From Chiloscyllium plagiosum (Eukaryota), in contig NC_057718.1 in the NCBI RefSeq assembly GCF_004010195.1, positions 35,935,817 to 35,999,816 of the forward strand: a DNA stretch of 64,000 bases. Reading direction: 5' to 3'. The notes beneath the pieces were generated by a model, which was not told the origin of the DNA, did no database searches, and saw nothing but the letters and a program-made list of their open reading frames with translations. Every line of letters starts with the position of its first letter. Within the stretch, counting starts at the first letter, position 1. Positions 36,983 through 50,690 of this stretch are shown here, piece after piece. The translations under genes and the position numbers were made by a program.

Positions 36983-38625
36983 GAATGGTGGTGGACAATT
37001 CTGAACTGGAAGAGCATGCTCCATGAGCACCGCCATCCTCAACAATGGCTGAGCCTAGCATAACTGCAAAAGAAAAGCTGAAGCATTTGCAATCGTATTT
37101 TGGCACAAGTGCTGAGTGGATGAATCATCTTGGCCTCCTTCTGAAGACTCCAGCATCACAACCAGTCTTCAGCCAATTTGATTTATCCTACATGCTGCCA
37201 CGAAATTGCTGAGCACACTGGACATAACAAAACCAGTGAGCCATAACAGCATGTTGACAGTAGTGCTGATGGCTTGCAAAGCAGAAAACAGCCCCTACTC
37301 TAGCTGAGCTGTTTGGCTCAGCTACAATATTGGCATCGACTCAACAGTATGCACAACTGCTCAATGGGTCCTGAAAACAAACCCAATTTGGTAATTTAGT
37401 TTGTTATCAGCTCATCAACAAAGTAATGGAAGATGTTGTCAACAATGCTACCAAGTGGTACTTGAACACAAGAATAATTTGCTCACCAATGCTCAGTTTG
37501 GCTTTGCCAGGACCAGAAAAGACAAGAGTATTGGTCTCTCAAGGAACCAAAAGAAATGGGAAGTGGGTGGCAAAATGGAGTTGGAGCCCAGGTTTAGCCA
37601 CAATTGTACTGAATGGTGGAGCAGCTCCTGTGGTCTACTCATGATTCTTAATTCCTATATTTGAGACAACTTAACTCTTGACTTTGTTTCAGCCCAGGTT
37701 GAAACATGGCCACAAGAGCTGACTTCAGAGGTGAGGTCAGATTGACTGCCATTGACATCAGTCTCGACACAGGTAATGTGAAGAAATCTATGAAATTTGA
37801 AGTCTATAGTAATTGGTGGGGTTGATAACATAAGATCATAGAGTTCAATTTCATTCTCAATTCCTCAGATACTGAAACAAACTGTGTCCACATGCAGCCT
37901 AACATGTACAACAATCAGGCTTAGGCTGAAAGTAACATTCATGGCACAATCTACCACTTTACTAAGTCAGAGTCTAACTAGCTTCACTTGAGGTGTAATG
38001 GCATTACTGATGTTAAATTGCCACAACCAACATTCTAGAAAGGAGCAGGGAGGCAGCTAAAAAGAGCAGTCAACATGGATTAAAAAAAATGTAACTGCAC
38101 TGGCTATATAAATATTGTGGCTACAAGACTAGGTGAGTGCTGCTATTGAAAGTGACTTTCTAAGTCCTAAAACCTTTCCACCATCTATGAAACATGAAAG
38201 GAATGTGATGGAATACTGTCCCTTTCCCAGGATGTGTGCAGCCTCAAGAAAACTCAAGAAGTTAGGCTCCATCCAGGATAAAGCAGTCTGATAGATCAAA
38301 ACAACACCGACTATGCTAAACATTTGCTCCACCACAATCTACGCGATGCACTGCAGCAAGTGCCAAGCATCTGCAACATTCAAGGTCTATAATCTATCTC
38401 AGCGAGAAAGACAAGTGCAGCAGGTGCATGGAAAACATCACTTCTAAAGTATGACTTAGAGATATATCAGCATCCCTTCAATGCCCCCTATTCAAAATCT
38501 CCGAAAGTGCCTTCAAGGTGCAGACTGTTAAAGAAGGTGGCTCACTTCAACTTCCCAAAGTCAATTACAGATGGTTAATTAATGTTAGCCTTGCAGGGAT
38601 GCCTGCATCCAGTAAAATAAAAGAA
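36983..38625 (+). mobile_element. Degenerate second-family LINE (RT region to 3' end)
   Basis: Peptide MEDVVNNATKWYL (RT-like), then the same 3' motifs as 33345-33705; many indels. Confidence 0.6.
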
Positions 38626-39231
38626 AACCTAAAGAAAGACTCGCACACTTTCAGTGCCTTTTAGATTTGTAGGACATCACTATCACTGCACAACTACAGA
38701 ATTATTCCTCAATTCCAGTCCAACATAATTACTAATTTACACACAGGAATGTTGCAAACACAAACAAAATGAATGACCCGCGAGTCTATCATGATTGATG
38801 TGGGGGTTCCTTTGGTGTTGAGCTGTGTTCAAAATTCTCCCATTGAAAAAAAAACTTAATTCGCAAGTGGCTAAATTTTCAGGTAGCAGGGCAGTGAAAC
38901 CTAGCTCAAACTGTGTAAATAATTATTTAATATTCTAGTAATGATTCCCATAGCTATGAAAGTAGCACTGGGGATTTGCCAAGTCAAGTCGGTAGATCCC
39001 ACTTTTGAATTGTTGGGACAATAGGGTGGTTTACTTAACAAAAAGTTGATATTGGAATCAGGCTTGGAGATAGTTGTGCTTTTATAAATGGAGAGTGTGT
39101 AAGGACCTTTGTTGAGCTAAACAGATTGAAAATGGCGGAGGCTAGTTGAAAGCATCTGTGTCAAGCAATATGACCAGATGATGTGGAGAAGTGTATTGTG
39201 TTTTTTTTGTTTGCATCATTGCAATTAAGAT

Positions 39232-40520
39232 CTCCCTCCTATCAGAAGGATGTTGTGAAACCTGAAAGGATTCAGAAAAGATTTACAAGGATGTTGCCAG
39301 GGTTGGAGGATTTGAGCTAGAGGGAGAGGCTGAATAGGCTGGGGTTGTTTTCCCTGGAGCATCAGAGGCTAAGGGGTGACCTAATAGAGGTTTATAAAAT
39401 CATGAGGGGCACGGACAGGATAAATAGACAAAGTCTTTTCCCTGGGATGTTGATGTCCAGAAATAGAGGGCACAGGTTTAAGGTGAGAGGGAAAAAAATT
39501 TAAAATGCACCTAAGGGCTACTTTTCATGGAGAGAGTGGTGCATTTGTGGAATGAGCTGCCAGAAGTGGTGGAGGCTGGTACAATTACAACATTTAAGAA
39601 GCATATGGATAGGTATGTGAATAGGAAAGGTTTAAAGGGATATGGGCCAGGTGATGGCAAATGGGACTAGATTAATTTAGGATATCTTGTTAGCATGGAC
39701 AAGTTGGACCGACGGGTCTGTTTCCGTGCTGTACACCTCTACGACTCTATTATGCAAAGAAGTGCTGACTGAAGTATATCTAATCAGAACTGTTGCTTTG
39801 TCATTGTGCTTTGAAATAAAACTGCTTGAATGATTCACATCAAGCCTCACATCATCAAGAGTTGGTTCAGTCTGCTTTTGGAGAATTTCAAGAAATACAC
39901 ATGCAAAGCACAGTAAAATCCTTTTCAACTCAGAAGAGGTTACTACTACTCTTATTAAAACACTGGTTAGGCAATCACTGGAGTACTCCATGGAGTTCTG
40001 GTCACCACATTATTGGAAGGGTGTGATAACACTAGAAACAATGCAGAGGAAACTTACCAGGCCGCTGCCTGGGCTGGAAGTCCTGAGCTATGAATAAAGA
40101 TTAGGTTGGCTGGGGTTATCTCCCTTGGAACAGTGAAGGTTAAGAAGAGTTATGATAGCAGTGAAATGGATTATGAGGTGCATAGATAGAGGAAAGAAAG
40201 TCATTTTTCCATTTGTAGAGAGATTAATAACCAGGAGGTGGAGGGAACCATAGATGGAAGGCAAAAGGTAGATGGCTAAGAGCTGAGGAAAATCATTCTC
40301 ACCCAGAGGGTGATGCGAGTCTGAAAGCTGCTGCCTGTGAGAGTGGTTGAGTCAAAAACTGTCCTAGCACTTAAACAGTATTTAAATATTAATTTATGTT
40401 AACATTGCCTCCAGGACTATGGGCCAAGAGTTGGAAAATGGGACTCACGTAGTCAGATCTTTGTGACAAGGATTCAGTGGACTAAAGGGCCGCCTTCTCT
40501 GCTGTAACAGTCTGTGAGAC
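39232..40520 (+). mobile_element. Two tandem CR1 3' fragments (39232-39750 young; ~39930-40520 older subfamily)
   Basis: High similarity to other HER1-like copies in the window; tail CTCTACGACTCTAT. Confidence 0.85.
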
Positions 40521-40834
40521 TATTGTTACATCCACAGGTAACACTATCATGCAAGTGAATTTTGGACAGTGAGAGTCATTAGATGGAACTTACGGCACAG
40601 AAATAAGCCACTTGGCCCAACGTCTACCAAGGTGTGTATACTCTCCATATAAACCTTGTCCCTCCTTTTCCATCAAGCCCTATCAACATAGCCTTCCAAT
40701 TCTTCCTTATGATTTGATCTGGCTTCTGGTTAAATCACTCAAATAAGTTAACACAGCTACTCCACTTGGTAACAGTTTCCACATTTTATTCACATACACT
40801 CTCCATTTATAAAACCACAACTACCTCCAAGACT

Positions 40835-41125
40835 GATTATCACTGGACTGTTAATCCATAGACTCAGTTAATATTCCGGGACCTAGGTTCAAATACTGAC
40901 ACAACAGATGGTGGAACTTCCAGATTTTTATAAAATGTAATTAAGCATCTTAAGACATTGTCGATTGTCAGGAAAAACCCATCAGGTTCACTGATACCCT
41001 TTAGGGAAGGAAACTGCCATCCTTAATACATGTGACACTAGACTCACAGCAAAGTGACCCTTTACTGCCCTCTAAAATGGGCAATAGATGCTGGTATAGC
41101 TCGCGATGCTCTCATGAATGAATTA
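40835..41125 (+). mobile_element. SacSINE1-like SINE
   Basis: Collinear with 1320-1690 (GATTGTCAGGAAAAACCC..TTTAGGGAAGGAAACTGCCATCCTTA..CATGTGAC). Confidence 0.65.
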
Positions 41126-41199
41126 TATCAAAAACCCTGTCTGAAATTAAAATGGTCTCATGCTAGTGAGAGAACACCACATATCGAATTCAGGCAAAC

Positions 41200-42250
41200 G
41201 TAGGCAATGCTGAGCATACATGTGAAAGGAGCAAAAGTCAACTGTTTGATCATTCAAGTCTCCTCTGTAAATTTTAATAAGATAATGACCGGATTCGATT
41301 GTAACCTCAACTTCACATTCCCACCTATCTCCAATAGCCTTTTGCATCCTTGTAAATACCTATCCACCTTCAAAAATATTTAAAAGACACTCCTTCTACT
41401 ACCTTTTCAGGAAAAAAAAAGAGTACTATAGATTCATAAACATCTTATGAGGGAAACGTCCCATCTCTGTCTTGAGTGGGTGATTCCCCCTTTTTTTAAA
41501 TAGTGACACCAAATTCTAGATTCTTCAACAAGAGAAAGCATTTTCCCCATAGCCATCGTGTCAAACCTGCTCAGTATCATACATGTTTCAATCAAATTGC
41601 CTCTTACTCTTCGAACTTCAGCAGTTACAAGCATAGAATTTCCAACACATAACTGGAATGAGTAAATTATTAGTCAAGTAAACTTTCTCTAAACTGCTTC
41701 CAACACATTTATATCCTTCCATAAATATGGAGACCAATGCTTTACATTAGTTCTCCAGATGTGGTCTCAGCATTGGCCTATTTAATTGAAGAACAACTTT
41801 CCTACTTTTGGATTCAATTTCTCTTATAATAAATGATAACATTCTATTAGCCTCCCTAATTACTTGCCATACCTGCATCATGCTAGCCTTTTGCAAATCA
41901 TGCACTAGGATACCCAGATCCCTCTGCTTCAAAGAGCTCTGCTGTTTCTCATCATTTAAATTACATTCAAAAAAAAATTTTACTGCGGAAATAAGCAATT
42001 TCATGTATTTTCTCACATTATACTCCAATTACCACATCTTTGCCCATTCACTTAACCTACGTACACGCCCCAACCCACCCCAAACACTTGAAGTCCAAAC
42101 AATGATATCTGGGGCACACCACATCATGTCAACCAGAAACAGACCCATTTATGTCTATTCAATGCTTCCTTTTGGGTAGCCAATTTTCCAATTCTGCCAA
42201 TATGTTAGCTCCTATACCTTAAGCCTTTATTTTCTGGTACACCTTGTGGC
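41200..42250 (-). mobile_element. Older CR1 LINE fragment
   Basis: Minus ORFs QRDLGILVHDLQKAS..ANRMLSFI..RPHLE and RRVRGNLIET. Confidence 0.8.
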
Positions 42251-44279
42251 TGTACAAGTTTCTAATTGTACCAGTCTTGACCAGTCTAACCAATAGAGTT
42301 CCAGAAAAACAAACATTCAGATCACGGTTGGAAATGCCCAGCACCAGAGAACCTATCTATCGGAAGCTTGCTCTCTGGTATTGTTGAAGGATTAATGTTA
42401 TCCAAGATACTTGGAAAACTACTTTTTTTCCAAATTGTGCCCTGGAGTCTTCTACATTTACATTTAATGTTCATCCAAGGTGCAATATATACAGCAATGC
42501 ATCCCTGTTCTGAAATGCCAGCCTACGTTGTATACTGGGGACTTTGATTTGAACACATTACATGCCTGCATAAGACAGAATCACACAAAAGGATTTGGGT
42601 TAATTTAAATCCTTCAGAAGCTCTGGGCAAGTACACTGCTCATTCATATGGATAGCACCAGCTTTCATTAACTTGTTCTGGAAATATGATTATTTATAAA
42701 CAGCCTAAAGGCATAGTTGTGAGAAGTGCAGGCATAAAAATTCAATTAAAACAAATTATTGCATTGCTATCTGCTGATGAAAATGTTCTTTTCAACAAAT
42801 ATGCTTTTCTAAGGATAGTGAGGTAATGGGCAGGTTCAACACAAGAGGGCAAGTAATATAGTCTAAATTAGAGCTACAGTGCATGTATGTAAATAGTGTG
42901 GTAAATAAAATTAATGACTGCAGACACAGATAACCATGTGGAAACATGTTGTGGTGATAACAAAGACCAGGCTTGGTCTAGGTATTAAATATTCCTGGAC
43001 ATGAGGTATTCAGAAAGGTAGAAAAGGGGAAGAATTAGTAGTAGAAAATCTCTGCTGGCACCAACTATCCAATGATAAATACTGACTGTGCATGCTCACT
43101 GTGGATGGTTTTTAAATGTGCATTTGTAATATAAAGCTGATTATTTAAACTTTTTTAAAAAAATTCTCCTTTATTTAACATTTTATTTCTTTTCACCTAT
43201 ACTCTTTGCTGAAGTATTTTTAAAGTTTTCATTATTCTTTATTTCAAAGATTTCACTGCCACTACGCATGCTGATGGGTGTCAACAAATGCAACCTTAGT
43301 GGTATTGATTAAGGAGATTATTGTTTCTTTCTATCACTGCAACAGAGTCATGGATAGAGTCATAACGCATAGAAACAGGAGCTTTGGCCCCATGTCTTTG
43401 CCGATTGACAAACACCAAATTACACTAATGCCATTTACCTGCACTTGGCCCATAGCCTACTATGCCCTGGTATTTTAACTGCTCATCCAGATGCATCTTA
43501 AATATTGAGAGTACCTGTCTCCACCACAGGCAGCATCTTCCACCTGTTTACCACCTCTGAGTTTAAAACATAATTCTCAGTTCTCCTCTAATCCACTTAC
43601 TCCTCATCTTAAACTTGTGGCCTCTGGTCTTAGACACATCTTATTATTGGTTTTCCCTCTTGATCTTCTCCGACCCCTTAGAGTTTCTAATTTTTTTCTT
43701 TACCTGCTTTTTGTTTTGCTCATTGTAGTGTTGTTATAACCGATATGTTAAAGACACTGTAAACCATGCCAGGATTCTCCTGCCATAACCTCTCTGTTTA
43801 CGTGAGAATAAAATAGTGCTCAGTACATGAAAACCATAACACACCCAGCTTCACTATCACCCCTATCCAGTAGTTCATAAGATCATAAGAAATCATAGCA
43901 TGTTAGGCCATTCAGCCCATTGAACTAGTTTCACTGTTCAGTAAGATTATCGTATTTCTGATTTGAATATATTCTTCCACTGAATTTGAGCATCTCTGAC
44001 TTGGCCAGTATTTATTGCCCACCCTGAATCACCATTGTGAAGACGATAGTGAGCTGCCTTCTGGAGGTTCTGCAGTCTGTTTACTGCAGATATATCCACA
44101 CTGCTGACTGGAAGGCAGTTTCAGGATTCTGTCCCATCAATAATGAAGGTACAGCAATTTAGTTCCAAATCAGAATATTACATGGCTTGGAAGGGAACTT
44201 GCTGGTGATGGTATCCCCATGTATCTGCTGCCCTTGGCATTCCAGGTGGTACAGGTCACAGACTTAGAAAGGAAATAAT

Positions 44280-47100
44280 TCTAACATATAATCTATATGG
44301 CTAGAACTAAGGAACAAAAAATCGTGTAATTACATTGCTGGGTATCTTCACCAACCATTCAAAAAGATTTAGAGGAATAAATTTGCAAGGATATTGTACA
44401 GAAGTGCGAGATTTACAGCGGTAGAGGGCCATAATTATCCAAATAGACTGGGATAATTTGTATAGTACAAAGAGGAGCAAGAACTTCGAGAGTATGTTCA
44501 GGAGATTTTTCTACAGCAGTGTTTTTCCAGTCCAATGAGAAAGACAACATTGCTGGACACGGTTCTTGGTGATGAGCTGAGTCAAGGGAGTAAGACCATA
44601 AGACCTCGGAGCAGTAATTAGGCCATTCAGCCCATCGAGTCTGCTCCACCATTTAATCATGGCTGATAAGTTTCTCAACCCCATTCTCCCATTTTCTCCC
44701 TGTCACCTTCGATCCCCTATATCAGGAAGAGAACAGTTTTAGATCAATGATCATTGCATTATAAGGTTTAGGTTAACCATGGCAAAGAACAAAAATAAAT
44801 TCAATAATAATCATCTGGGGAAAAGCCAACTTCAGCTGGGTAAGAATAGATATACCCCAGATAATTTTGAATCAATGATGAGCAGGTAAAATTGTAACTG
44901 AACACCGGGCTACTTTTAAAGTAGAAATAATTCAAGTACTGTCAAGAGGGTATAACAGGATTTTGATCAGATAGGCCAATGGCTGAGGAACGGCAGATGG
45001 AGTTAATTTAGATAAATATGAGGTGCTGCATTTTGGAAAAGCAAATCAGGTACACTTAATGGTAAGGTCCTAGGGAGTATTGCTGAACAAAGAGATCTTG
45101 AGTGCAGGTTCATAGTTCCTTGAAAATAGAATTGCAGGTAGATAGGGTAGTGAAGGCGGCGTTTGGTATGTTTCCTTTATTGGTCAGAGCATTGAGTATA
45201 GGGGTCGAGAGGTCATGTTGTGGTGTGCAGGACTGGTTAGGCCATTTTTGGAATATTGTGTGCAATTCTGGTCTCCTTCCTATCAGAACGACGTTGAGAA
45301 ACTTGAAAGGGTTCAGAAAAGATTTAAAAGGACGTTGCCAGGGTTGGAGAATTTGAGCTATAGGGTGAGGCTGAATAGGCTGGGGCTGTTTTCCCTGGAG
45401 CATCGGAGACTTTATAGAGATTTATAAAATCATAAAGGGCATGGATATGATAAATAGACAAGGTATTTTCCTTGTGGTGGGGGAGTCCAGAACTAGAGGG
45501 CATAGGTTTAGGGTGAAAGGGGAAAGATATAAATTGGACCGAAGAGTCAACTTTTTCATACAGAGAGTGCTACGTGTATGGAATGAGCTGCCAGAGGAAG
45601 TGGTGGAGGCTGGTACAATTGCAGCATTTAAAAGGCATCTGGACGGGTATATGAATAAGAAAGGTTTGGAGAGATATGGGCCAAATACTGGCAAATGGGA
45701 CTAGATAAGATTAGGATATCTGGTTGGCATAGATGAGTTGGACTGAAGGGTCTGTTTCCGTGCTGTACATCTTGATTACTCTATATTTCCACAGGGGAGG
45801 AAGACAAGGCAAACAAATATAGAGTGCTGTGGATGACCAAAGAGTTACAAAATTAAGATGAAGCAGAACGTGTGTACTTATGACAGATATAAGGTGGATG
45901 ATACAATTCAGAAGCGAGCCAAACAAAAAGGTGCAGACAGGAATTGGGAAAGCAAATAAAAGCAACAAGAAGAGAGAATGAGAAGAGACTGCCAGCTAGC
46001 ATAAAAGAAAATCCAAAGGCCTTTATAGACACATCAATAAGAAGAGAGTGCCAACAGTAGTGTGGGACCAATTAGAGATCAAAAAGATGATTTATGCACA
46101 GAGGCAGGGGCATGGCTGAATCATTGCATGAATATTGTACATCTGCCTTTACTAACAAAGAGATTGCTGCTGACATCATGCTGAAAAGACGAGGTAGTTC
46201 AGACACTGGAAGAATTTAAATTAATTAGGAGGTGGCATTGGACAAACTGTCTTAAAGTCCATAAGACACCAGGACACAACGAGATGAATCCAAGGACACT
46301 GAAGCATAAAAGATGGAAACTACGGAGGTACTGACCATCACTTTCCAATCTTCTAAGGGTGTAAAGATAAGTCCAGCTACTCAAGACCAGTTAGTGAAAT
46401 GTGAAGTCATTCATTTTGGTTGGAAGAATGCAGAGATAGTATAAAGAATATAGTTGTAAAGGGAGTACATGGATGGTGATGCATAAGAGCTGCATTCTCT
46501 CACAAAACATGGCATTCCGGGCTATATAAACAGAGGTGCAGAGTAAAGAACTCACAAAATTATGTTAGTTATGTATCAATCACTGATTTAGCTTCATTTG
46601 CAGCATTCTGTCCATTTCTGGGTCCCTGCTTTAGGAAATATACAAAAGCATTAGAGAGGATGCAGAAGAAACAGTTCACTAAAATTGTTTAAGTGTGAGG
46701 AAATTCAGTTACAGTATATAGAAACATTGGAGAAATTGGATCACCTCTCCAAGAGGTTTGAAAGGAGACTTGATGATGGTATTCAAAATCATGAAAGTTC
46801 CAAAAAGAGTAGATAGAGAGAAATTGTGAAAGGCTAGAGATCCATAATGCACTGATTTAAGGTAATTGGCAAAAGAAATAATACCAATACAAGGAAAAGT
46901 ATTTTCCATACAGTGAGTGGTGAGGATCTGGAATATGGTGCCTTGCGGTGTGGTGGAGCCACAGTCAGTTAAGGCTTTTTAATGGGAATTGATGCATTAT
47001 CTGAAAAGGAGAGAATAACAGGACTGAGTGGAAAAGGCAAGGTACTAGCATTAGTGAATTGCTCCATCAAAGGGGCAGCATAGACAGGATAGTATAATGG
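44280..47100 (+). mobile_element. Old CR1 LINE with a younger HER1-like copy nested at ~44950-45785
   Basis: LVRPFLEYCVQFWSP..LERVQKRF and WNELPEEVVEAGT ORFs; degenerate endonuclease-region and 3' motifs in the flanks. Confidence 0.8.
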
Positions 47101-47419
47101 GGTCTGTCAAACATTCTTTTCAAGAGATTGATTTATTTTGAAAAGTAAACATTCATGGGCAAAACAAAACGCAGAATGGACTGACAGCGAAAGAGAAGTG
47201 TAAGGTGAACAATTATATAATCTCAACCTGACAGCAATTTGGCACAAACAGCAGCTTTCTGCGGCCCGAGTTCAAGTCCCACCTACTCTAGAGGTAACAT
47301 CTCTGAACAGGTTCATTTCAAAACAACTCAACAGATATGGACCCGTCAATTAACCACATACCTTGCAGTCGCTTCTCCTTCAAAGTTACTGGATTCAGCT
47401 CAATACCCCGACAAATACA

Positions 47420-47880
47420 CGCAATAAATTCAACACTTTAAATCACACTCAATTTTTAGTCACTAAAGTGCACTCCCATCTCGCCGAGAAAGGTTTTCTT
47501 TAATATGGCAGAAACATTCAGGCGGAGCAGGGACGCCCGAGATGACGTGTGTATGCGGCGACAATTTACGGATGGACCCTTCTGGGTGCCTTTTCTGTCG
47601 CAGGAGTGTCCCGACGTCAGGGCTGAACATGTTCTACAAGTTTAACGGATTCACGCAGAGACTGAGTGGTGGGGCTGGGCCTGTGGCCTATTGCCCGCAG
47701 GTAGGAAACGGTGGGCTGGAGGGATGGTGAGGTACTAGTGAAGGCGGCCCCTGTCGATGCTGCGTCCGGGTGCCCGGCTTGACCTTGCTGTGGGGGAGCC
47801 GCTGCTTCTTCACTGGGACAGACTGACCGGAAAGGAGACCAGTGACTCGTTCATTATCAAGGTCACTCCGACCTGACTTC
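47420..47880. promoter_or_regulatory. CpG-island promoter of COX7A2L
   Basis: Local CpG/GC enrichment around exon 1; CRE-like TGACGT (~47543) and GACGTCA (~47613); CCGGAA ETS core 47827-32; TCAAGGTCA 47857-65. Confidence 0.7.
47629..47700 (+). CDS. COX7A2L: COX7A2L (SCAF1/COX7RP) coding exon 1
   Basis: ATG 47629 gives MFYKFNGFTQRLSGGAGPVAYCPQ, then CAG|GTAGGA phase-0 donor. Resembles recalled human [24 protein letters not shown] and lies in a CpG-rich island. Confidence 0.93.
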
Positions 47881-47994
47881 TCCATCCTACCCCTATTCTT
47901 TATTCATAAATTGATAAAAGTGCATTTAGTGAATTTCTCAAAGTACTTGATTGGTTGTGAAGAGCTTTGGAATGACCGAGGCTGTGAAAATAGC

Positions 47995-48162
47995 ATGATG
48001 TGGAGGTGCCAGTGTTGGACTGGGGTGGACAAAGTGAAAAATCGCACAACACCAGGTTATAGTCCAACAGGTTGATTTGGAAGCACTATCTTTCAGAGCG
48101 CTGCTCCTTCATCAGGTAAATAACCGTTTGGACTATAATCCCTGGTATTGTGTGATTTTTGA
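47995..48162. mobile_element. Palindromic Penelope-derived element with hammerhead core, COX7A2L intron 1
   Basis: Arms AAAAATCGCACAACACCAGGTTATAGTCCAAC / TTGGACTATAATCCCTGGTATTGTGTGATTTTT; TSD-like CTGTGAA/TAATA; core at 48084-48118 on minus strand. Confidence 0.7.
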
Positions 48163-48329
48163 CTGTGATAATACCAGTTCTTCCTTCCACTTGAGGGACT
48201 TGACTACTATAGTTAGTTTTGCATGTCAGTGTAAGAAGACAGGCTGTTCATCCCTAGGTGCAGTTATTGGTGAGACCACGCTGATGACCATCCTTGCCTG
48301 ATGTTCAACTTTTGCACTTTTGAGATGGT

Positions 48330-50690
48330 TGGATAGGATCAGATGACTGATAAGGCAATTGAGTGCACAATCCAATTCTATTGACAATACAAAATTAGGG
48401 GAAAACGTTACCTGTAAGGAAGAGGCAAGGTGACCACAGAATGGGTACAAATATGTTGAATGTGTGGGCAAAAAGATGCTTGTTCACTTTGGTAGGAAAA
48501 ATCAAAAAACAGGATTTTCTTTAAATGAGATAATGTAAAATATTGGTATTCAGAGAGTTCTGGGTTACCTTGCCTACAAATCAACAGCTAACATCCTGGT
48601 ACAACAAGTGATTAGGAAATCATATGCTATGTCAGCCTTTACTGCAAAGGGAGTAAAGTGTTCGAGTGTCTTACTACAATCTAGACTGTCAACAATGCCA
48701 AGGAGAAAGTGAGGGCTGCAGATGCTGGAGATCAGAGCTGAAAATGTGTTGCTGGAAAAGTACAGCAGGTCAGGCAGCATCCAAGGAAGAAGGGCTTGTG
48801 CCCAAAACGTCGATTCTCCTGTTCCTTGGATGCTGCCTGACCTGCTGCGCTTTTCCAGCAATACATTTTCAGCTGTCAACAATGCCAGTATATCTTTCCG
48901 TAGGTAAGGGCCCCAAAACTGTTCACAGTATTCCAGCTGTGTTCTGACTAGTGTCCTGTACAGATTTAGCAAAACCTCTCTACTTTTATATTCAATGCCC
49001 TTTGAAATAAAGGCCAACATTCTATTTGCCTTTACTACAGGTCTTACCACTTACTATAATCACACAGAGCCTCGTTAAGACCATAACTGGAGGACCATGC
49101 ACACTTTTGGTTTCTTTGCCTAAGGCAGGGCATTCTAACTCGGGAGGGAAGAAGTGCAATGAACCTTTAGTGGACTGATTCTTGGTATGAAAGGATTGTC
49201 TAATGAGAGATTGAGTGGACAAGTCATTATTTGTGAATAAGTAGAACTGAGATGAGAAATTTCTTTCATTCAGACGGTTGTGAGTTTTTATAATTCCTGA
49301 TCCCAGAATAGTTGAAAATAATACTGAGATCCTGTTTAAAAAACACTGCCATTCAGGTTGACATGCTTGAGTTAGGAATGCACTCTGCAATTCAAGTGCA
49401 GCAAAATCTTTGAATTGTTTTTGATGGTTACTCCATTCTGCATCTACTTTTCATATCTAGACCCTATGTCAGGCAAAAGAAAAGATTTTGTTGATGCTTC
49501 AGGATTTACATCTGTCACTCTGGACACCCTAGGATACGTTTTATGGGATAGCAAATGTGTGTTGGATGTTCAAATTTTACCATTCTGGAGTTAATTTAAA
49601 AACCTGTGAAAAGTTTTAGTCTTTATTATTTATGAACTTTTAAAAATATCTCTTGACAATCAATTAAAGTTGCAGCATGTTTTTATGTCTCGATTTCAGA
49701 TTTTAACAGTACATTTGCAGGCTCTAGAAGTTACTGCCTCTTTTAGAGGAGTACTAATGATGAATGGTGGCAGTTTCACTGTCACTGCTATTGAAGAATT
49801 CAGATAAATTTTTAACATGTTAATAACTAGTTGAGGAAAGGGAATGTATTACAGCCAGCTTTTGTATGGCACAAAATAAGTGGGAAGGCAAGTGGTGAGG
49901 ATTACATAAAGAGTCTGCATAGAGATATAAATTAAGAGAATGGGCAAAAAGTTGGGAGATGGAATAGAGGAGCTGAATATTATTTAAATGAAGAAAGTTG
50001 TAGAAGGCCTCCAAACAGAGGGATTTGGGAGACCTTGCACATGAATCTCAAAAAGCTAGTATCCACATTCATTCGTTAATTGGGAAGGCAAATGGAATGT
50101 TGGCCTTTATTTCAATGGGGAGAGTATAAGAGTAGGGAGGTTTTGTTAAATCTGTAAAGCTGGAATACCGTGAACCATCTTGGGGCCCTTGTCTAGATAA
50201 ACTGCATTGGAGGCAGTTCATTAGGCTGATCCCAGGTATGGAGGAACTGTGTTATGAGAGAGGTTGATTAGGTTGGGCCTGTACTTTTTGGAACTTGGAA
50301 GAATAAGTGATGACTTTATTGAAATCTACAAGGTTCTTTAGCAGGCTTGACGGGGCAGATGAGAAAAGGTTGTTTCTCTTTATGGGAGAGTCTAGAAGCA
50401 GAAGGTAAAGTCTGAAAATAAGGAGTCACACATTTAAGATAGATGAGGAATTTCTACCGAGGGTAATGAATCTTCATTTTTCTACCACAGAGGGTTGTCC
50501 AGGTTATGGTGTTAAGTATATTCATTTGTCATTGACAGATTTGATTTAATTAGAAAGGGAAGCAAGGATTCTGGGGAAAAGGTACACAAAGGGAGTTGAG
50601 GATTATTGTATCACCTGTGACCTAATTGAGCGGCAGAACAGACTTGATGGGTTGAATTCCCTGCTTCTGTACTTCATCTTATGGGCTTGC
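48330..50690. mobile_element. Cluster of older CR1 fragments, mostly +, with one minus piece at ~48888-49040
   Basis: Minus peptide KANRMLAFISKGIEYKSREVLLNLYRTLVRTQLEYC; + strand GGCAAATGGAATGTTGGCCTTTATTTC and similar motifs. Confidence 0.75.
48701..48872. mobile_element. Palindromic Penelope-derived insertion
   Basis: ~50-bp inverted arms AGCTGAAAATGTGTTGCTGGAAAAG..CATCCAAGGAA / TTCCTTGGATG..CATTTTCAGCT; 15-bp TSD CTGTCAACAATGCCA (48686-700 / 48873-887). Confidence 0.8.

Noticed and set aside
47542..47628. In-frame upstream ATGs (47542, 47572) extending COX7A2L by up to 29 aa
   Set aside because: Homology begins at MFYKF (47629); the extension overlaps promoter motifs and is probably upstream of the TSS or in the UTR.
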